Shown in pieces: positions 49,201 to 53,352 of a stretch of DNA of 64,000 nt. The translations under genes and the position numbers were made by a program. The notes under the pieces were generated by a model. The model saw only the letters and a program-made list of their open reading frames with translations, searched no databases and had not been told where the DNA came from. Source of the DNA: Clostridia bacterium (GTDB taxonomy: Bacteria > Bacillota > Clostridia > Christensenellales > UBA1242); the NCBI GenBank assembly GCA_016283155.1, contig JAEEMI010000016.1, positions 44,726 to 108,725 on the forward strand, written 5' to 3'. Positions within the stretch are counted from its first letter, which is position 1, and each line of letters opens with the position of its first letter.

Positions 49201-49565
49201 GTGTTGATTCCTGTTTTACCAGATTCAGCCAATGGCGTAACACGTTGAATTGATACTACACCGCTACTGATTGAACTATTGTTCCAATCAACGCTGCGGT
49301 CAGCAGTATCAGGTAACCCACCCACAGTAATTGTAAAATACGTTGACGATTTTGATGTTTCAACAATCCGGAACTTTTTATCTGCCGCAGTGTCTTTTTC
49401 AAGTTCGACTTCTAATTTAATATCATTTTTATCAACAGCGATGGAAACATCACCATAAACATCGGTTTGACGACCAGAATTTTGGAAAGCAAAAATAACG
49501 CCGATTACGGAGGCAATCGCAACAAAGCAAACAATGATTAAACTAACTAAACCGCGTTTTTTCAA
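28215..49565 (-). CDS. giant (7,116 aa) N-terminally membrane-anchored surface protein: tandem beta-rich modules, low-complexity linker, GLUG beta-helix units, unknown C-terminal region
   Basis: Uninterrupted 21,351-nt ORF. TTG start with GGGGGAA SD 5 nt upstream. N-terminal TM (LVSLIIVCFVAIASVIGVIFAF). Has its own promoter and terminator. All internal antisense or alternate-frame ORFs are short. Confidence 0.85.
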   Translation of the reverse strand: MKKRGLVSLIIVCFVAIASVIGVIFAFQNSGRQTDVYGDVSIAVDKNDIKLEVELEKDTAADKKFRIVETSKSSTYFTITVGGLPDTADRSVDWNNSSISSGVVSIQRVTPLAESGKTGINTFKVTGQNGGAPVNIVFTSASGAKTVSVKVTVSMIAKDMKIGTNAHFGIRQGGVGVNLKSDAILSKYDFYAHPDDNEHIYTPNKFPVEYRLKRDYSGVILDNDFLTVTDQATCVDQYIDLQVKLPAMDDWLDVPFYVFPKATKVITTTDAYKAPTTSMYENVWDLIANREEQSGATFTFALDQVKTAASDYGFKVESADTKMVRVDYLSPYERSLSTVQNLGEVAVRITAYPIIKDLTNNTEISFADESDVDVQIVDTIYLRVRYEFYGDSDVRIHGDKSYNLAPSKKTVDAFFYEGKNENNINKYYDTFTLDTGNGKTINMDSDIQFELVVEDSNGNYTGIYDREGKWIEENGQLKLVDEDFDLYSILNIGYWSKQTNKWVMLSQSNYSVNYLNTFGVALTDKGNASNFIGNHITSMVLRAKSIEQLSIGGNATCDINLDVTSAIDKFKVENLTKFDDGTSGVALVYNTKYKTFSTASVDVYGMVTRDNIDTYSEFWNTTKVSDNSENLPFEITCDRSVPFSVDGVAGYYHLTYTFTASDIAPIQYYKDYPMTIRYTNGKSYTFNVRVFPTVEALSMSVVSNSQGKVYQTISNSYNSTYDYVRTVYVRKGYDYQFAIDTPSVSVGAYAIFDEIKVGNQVIATNTRSFNAIDLSEGIYTCTVSLHAYSEEVYHEHQRTITVYMIVVDPVINVVTQPAILNLDGIGCSREVELKMYSYEGVSITDYTYLHIDIAQKNENVLIESQGAINKFRITAKYLTDGVFDIGFKVYKNYIFTEFDLDGDGVINNELPFEFNYMAGALVSVSVSISETKPNTITISGNDFSTNLGNYVELISTVGSMSGAEINVKSADDASNKNIGIAYAEWKNGKYELSPFAPVVNGSNLQIGNVATACVNSDMVTIDPLQNVTDMGSYALVIYTRDSLYYVDTNNNVDLVLPKYYKIVRIFVGSAEEVTSNIAELTSNHIHDANSGKRNNLGGYNWIIPAKENSTNQRVAVLFYTTPRNPYGSQIDANVYYFDDLYSVLGWGTLKGLTETITLEKYVKVGNNAAEKVGAVGVRLNPDEGREGLKIDLNHKHGTSNDEEMYSHGDVQVYYQFSVNAQMSIFYVVEGIDNFDVRNNRIGLAARRTLSPEDENNHKIDTITVQRGTGFNFNSNLNQSAGWQLNKTNFTTEEEGRTSYVTYDGGTYSFFPYIQFTRLTEQFTFELDALTANVKVDVKGGINYLNIVQNSVSLDGVTTATYDVTMRIDQENWKPSLLTYNFSYDGVYYDLFADDTDVSYINLEGGKSKLEFKLTCLNANTIPVNGYYTYYLRIEVAVVIIVPDVDPFYNIPSAELIIRENLVGSPLSKVKTPAKDSATLSLMKDGINNVTMAHFANTNVVEGNRSLLTLATGQTDSGVIYLDNESAGGLLVIYPTPYYINVSNISLSMASNGAHIENVEIGTDLTGKPIYDKVTYTVGFTQMIYNETEKYYQPYLSGTGTPKMVSSWSAAEGYKWTGKYYFRTYIVSDAQVSYRLPDGTRFKIQISIQGERTAKAITETMTLDARYRDSFVITPDSNTEDYAVRTMAQTRYQAVGTTAVYDVALPIDCVPNYAKFTLNGTGSSNTTIHSTYADVTINSVDQTLSVYIKADNKAIGQSIEIRIPYRRPGDYVNPYFSIVIVPVYFEFDSVEVIDHYETRLQLASKNALAQLKYRALFNYNTSMSSSALTEKMRTFNESLLTSSLISRNYETPGQIDIQIPYTYVNGVPVLTKNGEFRYAHTFYYDIATPIATIKRTEYLAVGTAETYTFYNWDPIHASRLYLQDSNNNTTGISDYWYRDIKSQDRTTVLLTVSLENRSSTVSDSTAYSALINAGRIVVYVYSTADQVTPQLELTIIPVYFTFDEFKLQNNPAYPLVALTTPSTITVEAGNISAVNDTAVNNAINTFNTALLNAQNNLSTDTRLSFNRIPNDDGILNFNFDNATRALTRADSANPITATSYLLITAGITYVNGIPTLNSNGQQISTYIPVNTFGAANEGNNSVTPVLDPAPNGRVRTIAQAIGTKVRYNIALPGVVYDSALDKYEIRADGNVVWENSFAWNAVCNVKENTVLVTLNEDTSLFNKVLSVMAYNQAGDLMYVLNIVPAYFTVEQLFLSKHVDENPVLIKNETGWLQDLDLDFVRNYSHSYNFDTQIAAFKQSLNISGLVSRIDDAGYITLIAGVDYEDGIPTLVNVVNGLTTVQNVYRYELVDGTPENTKAQAIGQTVIYNVNRVFESIKIGTNVNGNEVWNTYDQSMSSDWAIERDGQNKIKVILAQTTALLGNRIRIGVFVNDNDEEPSYVLNVIPAYFVVEDLTVAGQNSEDRNIFLYYGEDPDSPLGVKFDAIFGEHSLNSSFEIPQKKADFIGELQNTKANLIGRYYDRSLMSGDLHITLYLDYTTGIPTIIERPEVNGDFVVRLDVDFWYAIFGRGNSNANAEYLPLPVGPRTRTEVQAIGTTVSYTIDLSQTLSADMEMLSYNESILAQRGWKASFVDNVLTLNLLPSELPTSTWENAIDNLLNEDIVFNFYSGSNLVFVLTIQPVLFEVIGVDTDFPEQPIYLDDLEITEISYRAKVKYNDQISYNGKDIVEYIKTFNTQLNAVKGGLFNIEDDGEYLKLDIAIDYGAAGSNYRQAPKLLNTVNNPLNVIESYVKYSRTAQSNVALHYQAVGTTEYYYLGAGFAGATINQAITNVNNSEVENYITAEIVNYGGNNTYALKVVLKPNQTLVEKQVTITINNGTTFTMTIQPVWFLVEGFEVVNHPERHMWLINSNGTGEKVGDLLFCVRAHYSTDSTLFDEIQNQINAFNLHLAKYENNEWVAKDWDDYLVTTLMGKQYLIVSAAINYDAHGVANIVSINSAEPTAVVRDVFEYAYYADQIKGNGIVYPNVPRNRMTEITVGTNVAYTIDVPDLTGFTDEMIAVYENSDIKYADDDSKLQRYTGDDITVQVTNGNHLQVALKADAELVHSEFKIFIYYDRAHVNNTPNSSDADNVAFILVVRPVLFKVTGFALPGYNDDTIYVDDINQFTNDIASIGGNTFVPVYEYADSLLNEEIDTTNHITLQTILDDFTNTFLTSKYAAKTRTRGESTGVYYFQVMTSVAYNAYQGTPYLTNDPVHRVWQSFKVVEANTVNASTHSEYQAVGTIKTYYINDAALESNLDDMFQTNGSLVVRNGSDVTINSLYYDATWSKDNPNYINVLLLDDALIGSPVNVEISSKYTLQINPVYYEILGFEPVEHPERSVWVVEPYSTNDLQYRVITSDLTKVPSAVLSDVQNHINSINESLNNGVAPKSITFEDNQYIIFGAAVNYNNGYPEFTTITKDKRNVVESVIDYRVWSANKKPNPEHPAVMGKVQANQIIGKTKLYTLKNIKGQIFYQYLWAENAGNLLNSFDNSTNGTMETYEKLTILVDTAKNTLQIQLSTNSTLLSNPVRVYIPYLTTVNGKDVWYSYCIEITPLLFELKGWTIKAAGNNNTLISDQTHDDYLLLTTDSEPNTLISYVAHIETCETNDLVLQNSINNAKSNLENEAVNYMIVYNPHIFIGIDGLYLKRNCSATTESNTAIGLSTYVVYENGLPRLVENSNTLVSNQILISTGYSQADWENNKVGKELLAANVSYAVQALGTATDYSVEIASAARIFHNDIKVVEQGTDHSINIEGERENLITVEVEKSNNNVVNFNVSLAPVVALRNYMIEIQIPYSDDVNAIEPNYVYKYYITPTVFIVEGFYLAGVEDNNVELNSDITLDLRVQASYSDNVNIRNVANLLIQNFENSLNNAIRNETPVDNVIDNETLYFAVKNNVGSINVELKNVGNRIMIHKSENASAVNSILGTVKVGYATGAPRVGSVNPLIDTDVNLQIQITTEKIETIDFPGYEGLEPGYSTDGNEDNTLLIGARYMQAIGTSCNYPLHVDNRNISFAYDYIKVFNGGLESGVGKYECFDINIVNNGANDLIVGITFTASAKNLNDFIDVRIPFTILVNGEFVWAYYSLQIKPVLFEVVGWKLKIGNDKFDSVTLNENAVVLCFTPEIKTGSTLNSAYYAEDELAYIERTVKSIETRINTFDSKSSDDAHYPYLTLKNTPQEGHQVNYVIERYNYRSYLTRRILDASTTVLTVSGYVSYDVGNVNQNFVDSSQIVTSYSNNANEAQVITSSILIHTTDKTFANPSGNGSNGGSTGTDGNGNNNSGSSDGTSTSTDPNNPNNPSGSSGQGSTGTNPTDPNNPNSSGGEYDPNNPSGSQQQGGGSNGQGGGSTGQGGFGGNGTDPTGNSSGTIFDPTDKTDPRYDPRLDPTSDEYDPDFSKENDTSDDGTTGGNPIYIIYDSRIGAEGYIDYINDWNKYIDSSDDDDDDDDDDNNGGNGNGNGGVFTAFIKQNNANVLMSLQSGVRYVLMEDIVMYNIPGLRNGRWQPVDFPSNTVLDGNNYKIIFNSAGFDLTNSPANIGMFTSIPADSVIMNLQIVIERGSDEAPVTTLEVNLANYTTSVNVGLLAGVNNGVITNCAVLSQWQFNMRDLNQIINPITGKTFTSALPFNKDGYLFEKVEGVEKDYYFYELGIDSETNKKVVKNVYRFYDNDGQPDAYRLKKDEDGVWVVELDDAGNKYAIDGDTHEIAQYDDYSPMIYYDNQELESVSPAKLFVKVNNENVSVVLGGLVGSNSHMITNSRVLIDIELYGPGQNTGTGNVDQVNVLSSIVGGVVGSNSGTITSTFFRDGNVVNNANAKVREGYSSLLGGFVGQNTGIIQQSYAMGRSVGRALLNHISEAGAVRTIRNSLGGFVHLNSGTITDCLVNMVIVKTGTEGAAGGFVYKNTAQGVIKNCIENNNIITQSGNTLDFYRPFVCINGNGDELEDTVNTANLSNLIYAGNAVGLSISDEWNGVLKGLLSGKNNSDKYDEIKNYEGYSIGTNNNSDWGISAKNTIWMMTTEGPMLRAANDIVISCRNDQVAAKYLYELGSEKNPYLIWNKYEFENNLYHSVGQATESDKNTTKALTDIENNYQNNHIRLIDNISISGIRNTYKIIYRGTFEGNGLTFSGINLSTVTNDLATMGLFGKTEYATFRNVNFEIDTINSTARYVGGIAGIAINTSFVDVSVKCTGTIKGANIVGGFVGLNVVCDYNNEIVVENYNLYSSVSVTANFQNKISDVGANSFSSGEEYCRQTLYAKVEALNISYEQGYGAAGGVFGFVTSNPNNYRYINSFGQTEICSRFFNKTIEQKDASGKPIASANCGSYNSESKWFLKDINGQPLNELVDSGSGEYFYETVVIRNVSGAIKNVAGNVAGGLIGIMDETIELQKPVVESLASLTGKYYLGGLVGINLGKITGGEIERDADGNITSGKTYNAMALNNWTVASSAGENSFVFRKDPAEGGESEQQRYWGMTVGGAVGYNGGFGDGHSGVVENINISANVLAPTNSKYQYVIGGVVGTNGKNGLVTESINTHTNINNSTVQVTSYQAQNVGFYFGRIVGRSETVELYSNNDGIKYTRSLQIEFPANMGYVSATDFATPGLYTFNNDVAVPFNQFGVVENSTRKIQTMVYDEYLTYLSNTISNKDLVTRIEMLEPWVRSLPTKIDIVYVDGANRFVEKYDIAALKELTDWLDKNNIFNRWNDTAHNNALTTTTIVDGKNKTSNKVIDDYKSYLAYSAVSTVDVDITGESEKDFTGNLDTYRTKRQQKAIEFFTYKYEISKGISGAQNADFNWNNYENYLALKREIYTETGDDEIVQYVKTVSEDGKTTVTNASKVAVNSDLKALLATPITDATKFSNVDPLQVYINYAVNSVKENSPFNMGGNGWSLSLTQYYYYMRNLYGKSLEYKDDKNVVIETYNVPNDFAVTNVGDTADYVLYLYTNDILKESSNALTIPEFIYLMKHETAIVTTNETKWIKTGHKGNGDARISSIGAVELNWVASLTDLDATKVKSEAGVISYIDTNGNKHEWEALSSYLTAKENLGLMITKYQEMVGLGGTLYDLIDRNTTNDTLEVSDAATDNYIFALKCKQYGWTEEQIEFIKKYYATKNANDAYEIQGENLKYALSATTYGNVLSCIKSDNNNYRAVYVDDKIQVMSQDDNNNNSRWYSDIDADHVFDTDEPSGVWSLPGAETFTNGDGKQYQLYNNTAINLMADVNNLIGAALYIDTDNNKMFGEITVNTSGSSGSSESNKAGKDILLIYELTEPELNDATSRNYPDFFVEEKDKDNNVIKTRYYKIARQVINDFLWMISNHVKDESGNVEYSTEHTNNFSDYLEEALWWRQEGFTAEEFDKIKAHAIRGEKWNDDPKGDYAMVSEVNANGEFTVTRTPGSNALVDDWNSVTEKGLSGFKNDSTDPNQTFTTAEYTEIVLGAEFVPNESGVDTWYSNYGDYLLFKALFNGGNVELYDVPADNITGIVSYIPDATTFKNPFDGDAAAQQAALTRFTKNVAAETELAPAMTFGSDREAFMELFRAHGRTADYFRWAQTFSDNDAKYFTLNHYIYYVKAGLADKLKIDGVNKFNGEDYRWVLNRENRRKIQYNGATEVAITSDLVEYCLDWYNDGNPFMTFRNYYEWINIYKYDDNYKQQRGEYEETNEEGETETKKSDDGWLTIEAYAVWKRMEKYENNIEYYAKKGSAASEDEITTPILNRKISTTVFPRVHSSGEQVTDPETGTIQSSVFALPLNKLSDEYKQVAKNAIGWNQTDDDGKRLYPNVKDTHIRPVQDRYEYNELYKERTLTSRINDYVNYNDKGYALYGARTDTSAAIIVGDSSMNNSDAKEILNVWTSRYDLYRFRKTHDEFSYYDFDQCTRDRSVSITITMGPSDYISTGDLVTIPNRYDYWGLKEGERLEEYGKVSSYITHQGGAKSVNISTYVEKAKPVYQPVVDYDKMALCLDEISLKNEEIAGNKLCIPENKYAQLYIPFDTFEEACTRIKRVFSDDPEFKGYHNYMKFWARNGDWNWISFYQGANEYDYKEATATGIQKVEHTYESITFWTNYDGTKSPLDGTDLSSKAYSWKRQDNQ
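32880..36017 (-). other. GLUG-motif beta-helix region (two units) of the giant protein
   Basis: Repeated G-G-hydrophobic-hydrophobic-G-x-N-x-G-x-I motifs: LGGLVGSNSHMITNSRV, VGGVVGSNSGTITSTFF, LGGFVGQNTGIIQQSYA, LGGFVHLNSGTITDCLV, LGGLVGINLGKITGG, IGGVVGTNGKNGLVTESIN. Each unit opens with a ...F.G.F.GNG..I/F segment (YRGTFEGNGLTFSGINL). Confidence 0.65.
36078..36677 (-). repeat. low-complexity G/S/N/P/T/D linker ending in a D10 run and an NNGGNGNGNGG tract
   Basis: aa ~4297-4496: NPSGNGSNGGSTGTDGNGNNNSGSSDG...PNNPNNPSGSSGQGSTG...DPRYDPRLDPTSDEYDPDF...SSDDDDDDDDDDNNGGNGNGNGG. The D10 run is encoded by (GAT/GAC)10 at 36111-36140. Confidence 0.85.
36700..44520 (-). repeat. at least 11 divergent tandem protein modules (~200-280 aa each) inside the giant ORF
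   Basis: A Q-A-[IVL]-G-[TQ] motif (degenerate in two modules: ITVGT at ~40465, QIIGK at ~39085) recurs near 44485, 43865, 43085, 42485, 41790, 41150, 40465, 39738, 39085, 38300 and 37465. About 90 aa after each comes [IV]-x-P-x-[YLWV]-[FY]-x-[VFIL] (e.g. IVPVYFEF, IIPVYFTF, IVPAYFTV, VIPAYFVV, IQPVLFEV). Conserved at protein level only; no nucleotide repeats. Confidence 0.7.
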
Positions 49566-49617
49566 ATGCTTTCCCCCAAACGTTTTTCTCTTTTTCTCGT
49601 TAATCTAGTATGTATAA

Positions 49618-49646
49618 ATTATATTTTTTATATGTCTTATCGTCAA
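49618..49646 (-). promoter_or_regulatory. promoter of the 7,116-aa gene
   Basis: Minus-strand TTGACG-17 nt-TATAAT within the 97-nt gap after the upstream gene. 24/29 identical to the promoter at 62062-62090. Confidence 0.6.
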
Positions 49647-49662
49647 GCAAAAAACGTTTACA

Positions 49663-51288
49663 TTAGGACAAATAAACTTTATTTTGAGAATAAATTTTCA
49701 ACGATCCAACATCACTACCCTTAACCGTAATTCGATTTTTAGCACTAGCCGAATCGTTTTCATCACGACTAATTTTCATATTATTCGTTGCATATGCAAA
49801 GCGTGAACTACTGTTTGCCGAACGCGCAAAATAGACATACATATCTAAATCATTACAATTTTCACTTAAAGTGACATTAACATTACCCCAATCATCGTGT
49901 CCGCTTATATACCCACCAGAACGAATTTCCGCAGTACCAACATTTTTGAATTGTGTATTAATATTTGCCGCTCCTGCTCGCTCTCTTTCACCAAGTATTG
50001 TGATATTTACATCGCCGCCATTAATTCCACGTACATTAATCTCACCATCATAACCAAGGATGTTCACGTTTTGATTAATTGAAATCAAATCGACATCAAT
50101 TTTACCGCCGCCAACTTGATAACTATTAATTGTTACATCATCTGTCACATCACTCAATGAAATACTACCAATACCATAGTTATAAACAGTAGCCGCGCCA
50201 AGTAATTTTTTAACATTAACCGATGCAGTTGCATTTGGTTCACTCGGTGTTCCAGCCGTAAAATTTAGATTTCCATGAATGGCATCTATTTCCAAATTTC
50301 CATTAATGGTATCAAAAACAACATTACCTTTAACAAGTTTATCAACCTGTAATTTACCAGATTGAGTTTTCATAGTAACATTACCCAGTACACCTTCAGT
50401 GACATTAATTGGTGCATTAACCGTTTCAACATCTAACGATTTTTCAATAGTATACACTTTTAGCAATCCACTATCTTGCTTAAAACTCACATTACCTGAT
50501 ACTAAAGTTCCACGGAATTGATTGTTATTACCTTGAATGGTAATATTACCACCTACAGCAAGGACTTCATTACTATAACCAAAATCCAAAACATTATTTG
50601 AACCAGTCACTAATACATCATTTTCAACTTTTGCCTTACAAGTGACCTTAGTTTTATTACCTTTAATTTTGACATTCTTAACTGAACTTTTTTCATTATA
50701 TGCAACATTCACATTACCTGCACTTTCAACAACCAAATCATTAATTAACAATGCATCCGTAGCGTTTTCCATATCGACGAAAGAAAAATCAACAGAGCTA
50801 TATTGATTTTGTAAAACAAAATCATAACGAAATCCATCATTACGGTATGGTAAATTAATATATACAGTAGTTGGTTTTTGTGTGAACACCATTCCTGATG
50901 GTTCTAAGATTTTAATGCGGTAATAAAGCTGATTATTATAAGATGTCTGTGTCCATTCAATTAAAGTACGATTGATATTATTAAATGCAATACCAGTCGC
51001 CGATTCATTAACTACAATTGTATTTTGACCATCATACCCATTATTCGACATCTTAACTTCAACTTTTGTACTATTACTTTCTAAAATGAATCTACCGTTA
51101 GCAAATGCATCAACCAAATCATCATCACAATAAATTACTTGCGTATCACGTTCGTTAACCGACCTGGCCCCAAAGAAAGATGCCTTTGGAAAAATAAATA
51201 AAATTCCTGTAATCAAACCCAATATCACTGCTGCGCCCAATAATACAAACCCAAGCGTTGCGACTATACCAATTGCTTCACGTTTCAC
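49663..51288 (-). CDS. N-terminally anchored beta-helical protein (DUF4097/putative-adhesin-like repeats)
   Basis: 541-aa ORF with GTG start 9 nt after tadA. One N-terminal TM helix, then repeated short beta-strand units (GNVTMKTQSGKLQVDKLVKGNVVFDTINGNLEIDAIHGNLNF; GGDVNITILG...). Confidence 0.55.
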   Translation of the reverse strand: MKREAIGIVATLGFVLLGAAVILGLITGILFIFPKASFFGARSVNERDTQVIYCDDDLVDAFANGRFILESNSTKVEVKMSNNGYDGQNTIVVNESATGIAFNNINRTLIEWTQTSYNNQLYYRIKILEPSGMVFTQKPTTVYINLPYRNDGFRYDFVLQNQYSSVDFSFVDMENATDALLINDLVVESAGNVNVAYNEKSSVKNVKIKGNKTKVTCKAKVENDVLVTGSNNVLDFGYSNEVLAVGGNITIQGNNNQFRGTLVSGNVSFKQDSGLLKVYTIEKSLDVETVNAPINVTEGVLGNVTMKTQSGKLQVDKLVKGNVVFDTINGNLEIDAIHGNLNFTAGTPSEPNATASVNVKKLLGAATVYNYGIGSISLSDVTDDVTINSYQVGGGKIDVDLISINQNVNILGYDGEINVRGINGGDVNITILGERERAGAANINTQFKNVGTAEIRSGGYISGHDDWGNVNVTLSENCNDLDMYVYFARSANSSSRFAYATNNMKISRDENDSASAKNRITVKGSDVGSLKIYSQNKVYLS

Positions 51289-51297
51289 AATCTAAGT

Positions 51298-51690
51298 TTA
51301 ACGTTTATTGCGAAAAAAATCCACTAAAATGTTTTGGGCTTCCGTATTAGGTTGAAATTCAATTGGAGTTTGCCAATTTAAATCTGTAGTTGATTTGGCA
51401 CCAACATAAACTTTACGCAAACGTGCATTTAAAATTGCCCCCATACACATTTGACAAGGTTCTAAAGTTACATACATTTCACAGTCATTTAAACGCCAAG
51501 ATTTTAACTTGCGGCACGCACGATTTAACGCAACAATTTCCGCGTGCCATAAACAGTTTTGTTTATGTTCGCGTTGGTTATAACCTTTAGCAATTACTTT
51601 CCCATTTTTAACTATTACACATCCAATTGGTACTTCTCCCCGGCGTGCAGCAATACGGGATTGTTCAACGGCCATCTGCATAAAATTCAT
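51298..51690 (-). CDS. tadA: tRNA adenosine(34) deaminase
   Basis: HAEIVAL...TLEPCQMCMGAI CDA zinc motifs. Start taken at MNFMQMAV (TAATG overlap with the upstream stop, GGGGGA SD 7 nt upstream). The track ORF extends 5 codons further. Confidence 0.85.
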   Translation of the reverse strand: MNFMQMAVEQSRIAARRGEVPIGCVIVKNGKVIAKGYNQREHKQNCLWHAEIVALNRACRKLKSWRLNDCEMYVTLEPCQMCMGAILNARLRKVYVGAKSTTDLNWQTPIEFQPNTEAQNILVDFFRNKR

Positions 51691-52766
51691 TACCAAGTCC
51701 CCCAAATTAATGACAACACCGTGATTGATGACCCAAGCACTAATACCGCAGTTAATAAAGCCCGTTCCAACGGTCTTGAACGTTGCGGTTGATCAAATGT
51801 TTCTATGTATGCTGCTGTCGCTTTCCAAGTTGGCAAACTGCGAATTGCTCTTGGAATTACGCCACGTAAAGTATCAAAATCTTCTACAGTGAATTTTTTT
51901 TGTGAAGCCAAATAACGTACAGTATAACTATCTAAGTTACGATTAAATTTATCACGTGCCATACAGCGTAAAAGTTCGCCAATAATAATTACCGTAATTA
52001 TTACTGTCAAAATTAATGCAATACCATTACCGAGTAAGAATTTTATGACATTAACCCCTGGTAAATGTAAATCTTCTGCATAACTGAAATAAGTCGCTAA
52101 CGCATTATTGGTGAAATGGACAATAATACTTCCCCATAATGATCCTGTAGCCAACACCGTGACGCCCATAAACCAACCAAGAACACAGGAATAAAAGAAT
52201 TGACCAATATTCATATGCATTAAACCGAACAATAAACTACTTATTAGAAGCGCATTACGGACACCTAATTGTTTTACTAAACCATTTAGCAAAACTCCAC
52301 GGTGTAAAAACTCTTCACAAATTCCCGGCAACACCGCACTCAAAACCAATGTAATTAAAAGACCAAGATATCCAGTAAAAACATTATCATTAGCGGGATA
52401 CTGATAACCAAATGATTGTAACAATACGGCAAACACGCTACCGATAAAAACATTTAAAAGATAAACACATATTCCAATTACGAAACATAGAACAATATTC
52501 TTAAAAGAAATTTTTTGCCAATTAACCATTTGATTAATTTGTTTAATTGAAACAGTTTCGTGATTGATTTTTTGTGCAACTAACAACATCAACAATGGAA
52601 TGCCTAACATAACCACAACTTGTGGCAAAATACTAACAATCACTTCACACATTTCTTCAGATAAACCATTAAAGCATCCCAAAGCCGCTAAAACACGCAA
52701 TAGCATCAACAATAAGATTGCTGTACCATAAACTAATAATGTAATTAAATAACGCTTATTTTTCAT
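51690..52766 (-). CDS. CPBP family intramembrane glutamic endopeptidase (Abi/CAAX protease family)
   Basis: 358-aa polytopic ORF. EEFLHRG, FGLMH and HFTNNA motifs. Confidence 0.8.
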   Translation of the reverse strand: MKNKRYLITLLVYGTAILLLMLLRVLAALGCFNGLSEEMCEVIVSILPQVVVMLGIPLLMLLVAQKINHETVSIKQINQMVNWQKISFKNIVLCFVIGICVYLLNVFIGSVFAVLLQSFGYQYPANDNVFTGYLGLLITLVLSAVLPGICEEFLHRGVLLNGLVKQLGVRNALLISSLLFGLMHMNIGQFFYSCVLGWFMGVTVLATGSLWGSIIVHFTNNALATYFSYAEDLHLPGVNVIKFLLGNGIALILTVIITVIIIGELLRCMARDKFNRNLDSYTVRYLASQKKFTVEDFDTLRGVIPRAIRSLPTWKATAAYIETFDQPQRSRPLERALLTAVLVLGSSITVLSLIWGTW

Positions 52767-53334
52767 AATTAGGAATTCCTTTTTTAATTAATAGCCACAC
52801 AACCGCCGTAGTTGCAACAGCTAAACCTACGGATAAGATTATATTTAACACACTTAAATTAAACACATCGTTACCATTTCCAGCAAAATATGTATATGTA
52901 ATAATAAAAGCATTATTGATAAAATGAATTAACATTGTCCAACCAATTTGGTGCGTTTTAATAAAAATCCAAGCCAACCAAATCCCCATCAAAAACTGAT
53001 AAACAGTTTGCGACCAAGAATGATGATATAGTGCAAAAATCAAAGCACTAATTACCATTACACACCAAATCGGCATTTTAGTTAATTGTAATAATTTGCA
53101 ACTCAACAACCGAAAAATCAATTCTTCCATTAACGGTGCCAATAACGCTCCCATCAAAAACACCAACCAAAAGCCTGATGCAAATAAATCATTACTTGAA
53201 CGACTTTCTAGACCCCAATGAATAAAAAGTTCAGCACATAAATTTTGCAACATTAAGTATCCAAACAAGCACACAAAAGCAATGACTACACACACCGCAA
53301 ACGTACGTAAATTATTCTTAACTTTTGACATCAC
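52756..53334 (-). CDS. CPBP family intramembrane glutamic endopeptidase
   Basis: 192-aa polytopic ORF. EELIFRLL, ALYHH and HFINNA motifs. Overlaps the next CPBP gene by 11 nt. Confidence 0.8.
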   Translation of the reverse strand: MMSKVKNNLRTFAVCVVIAFVCLFGYLMLQNLCAELFIHWGLESRSSNDLFASGFWLVFLMGALLAPLMEELIFRLLSCKLLQLTKMPIWCVMVISALIFALYHHSWSQTVYQFLMGIWLAWIFIKTHQIGWTMLIHFINNAFIITYTYFAGNGNDVFNLSVLNIILSVGLAVATTAVVWLLIKKGIPNYEK

Positions 53335-53352
53335 ATCTAGTATATTATTAAA

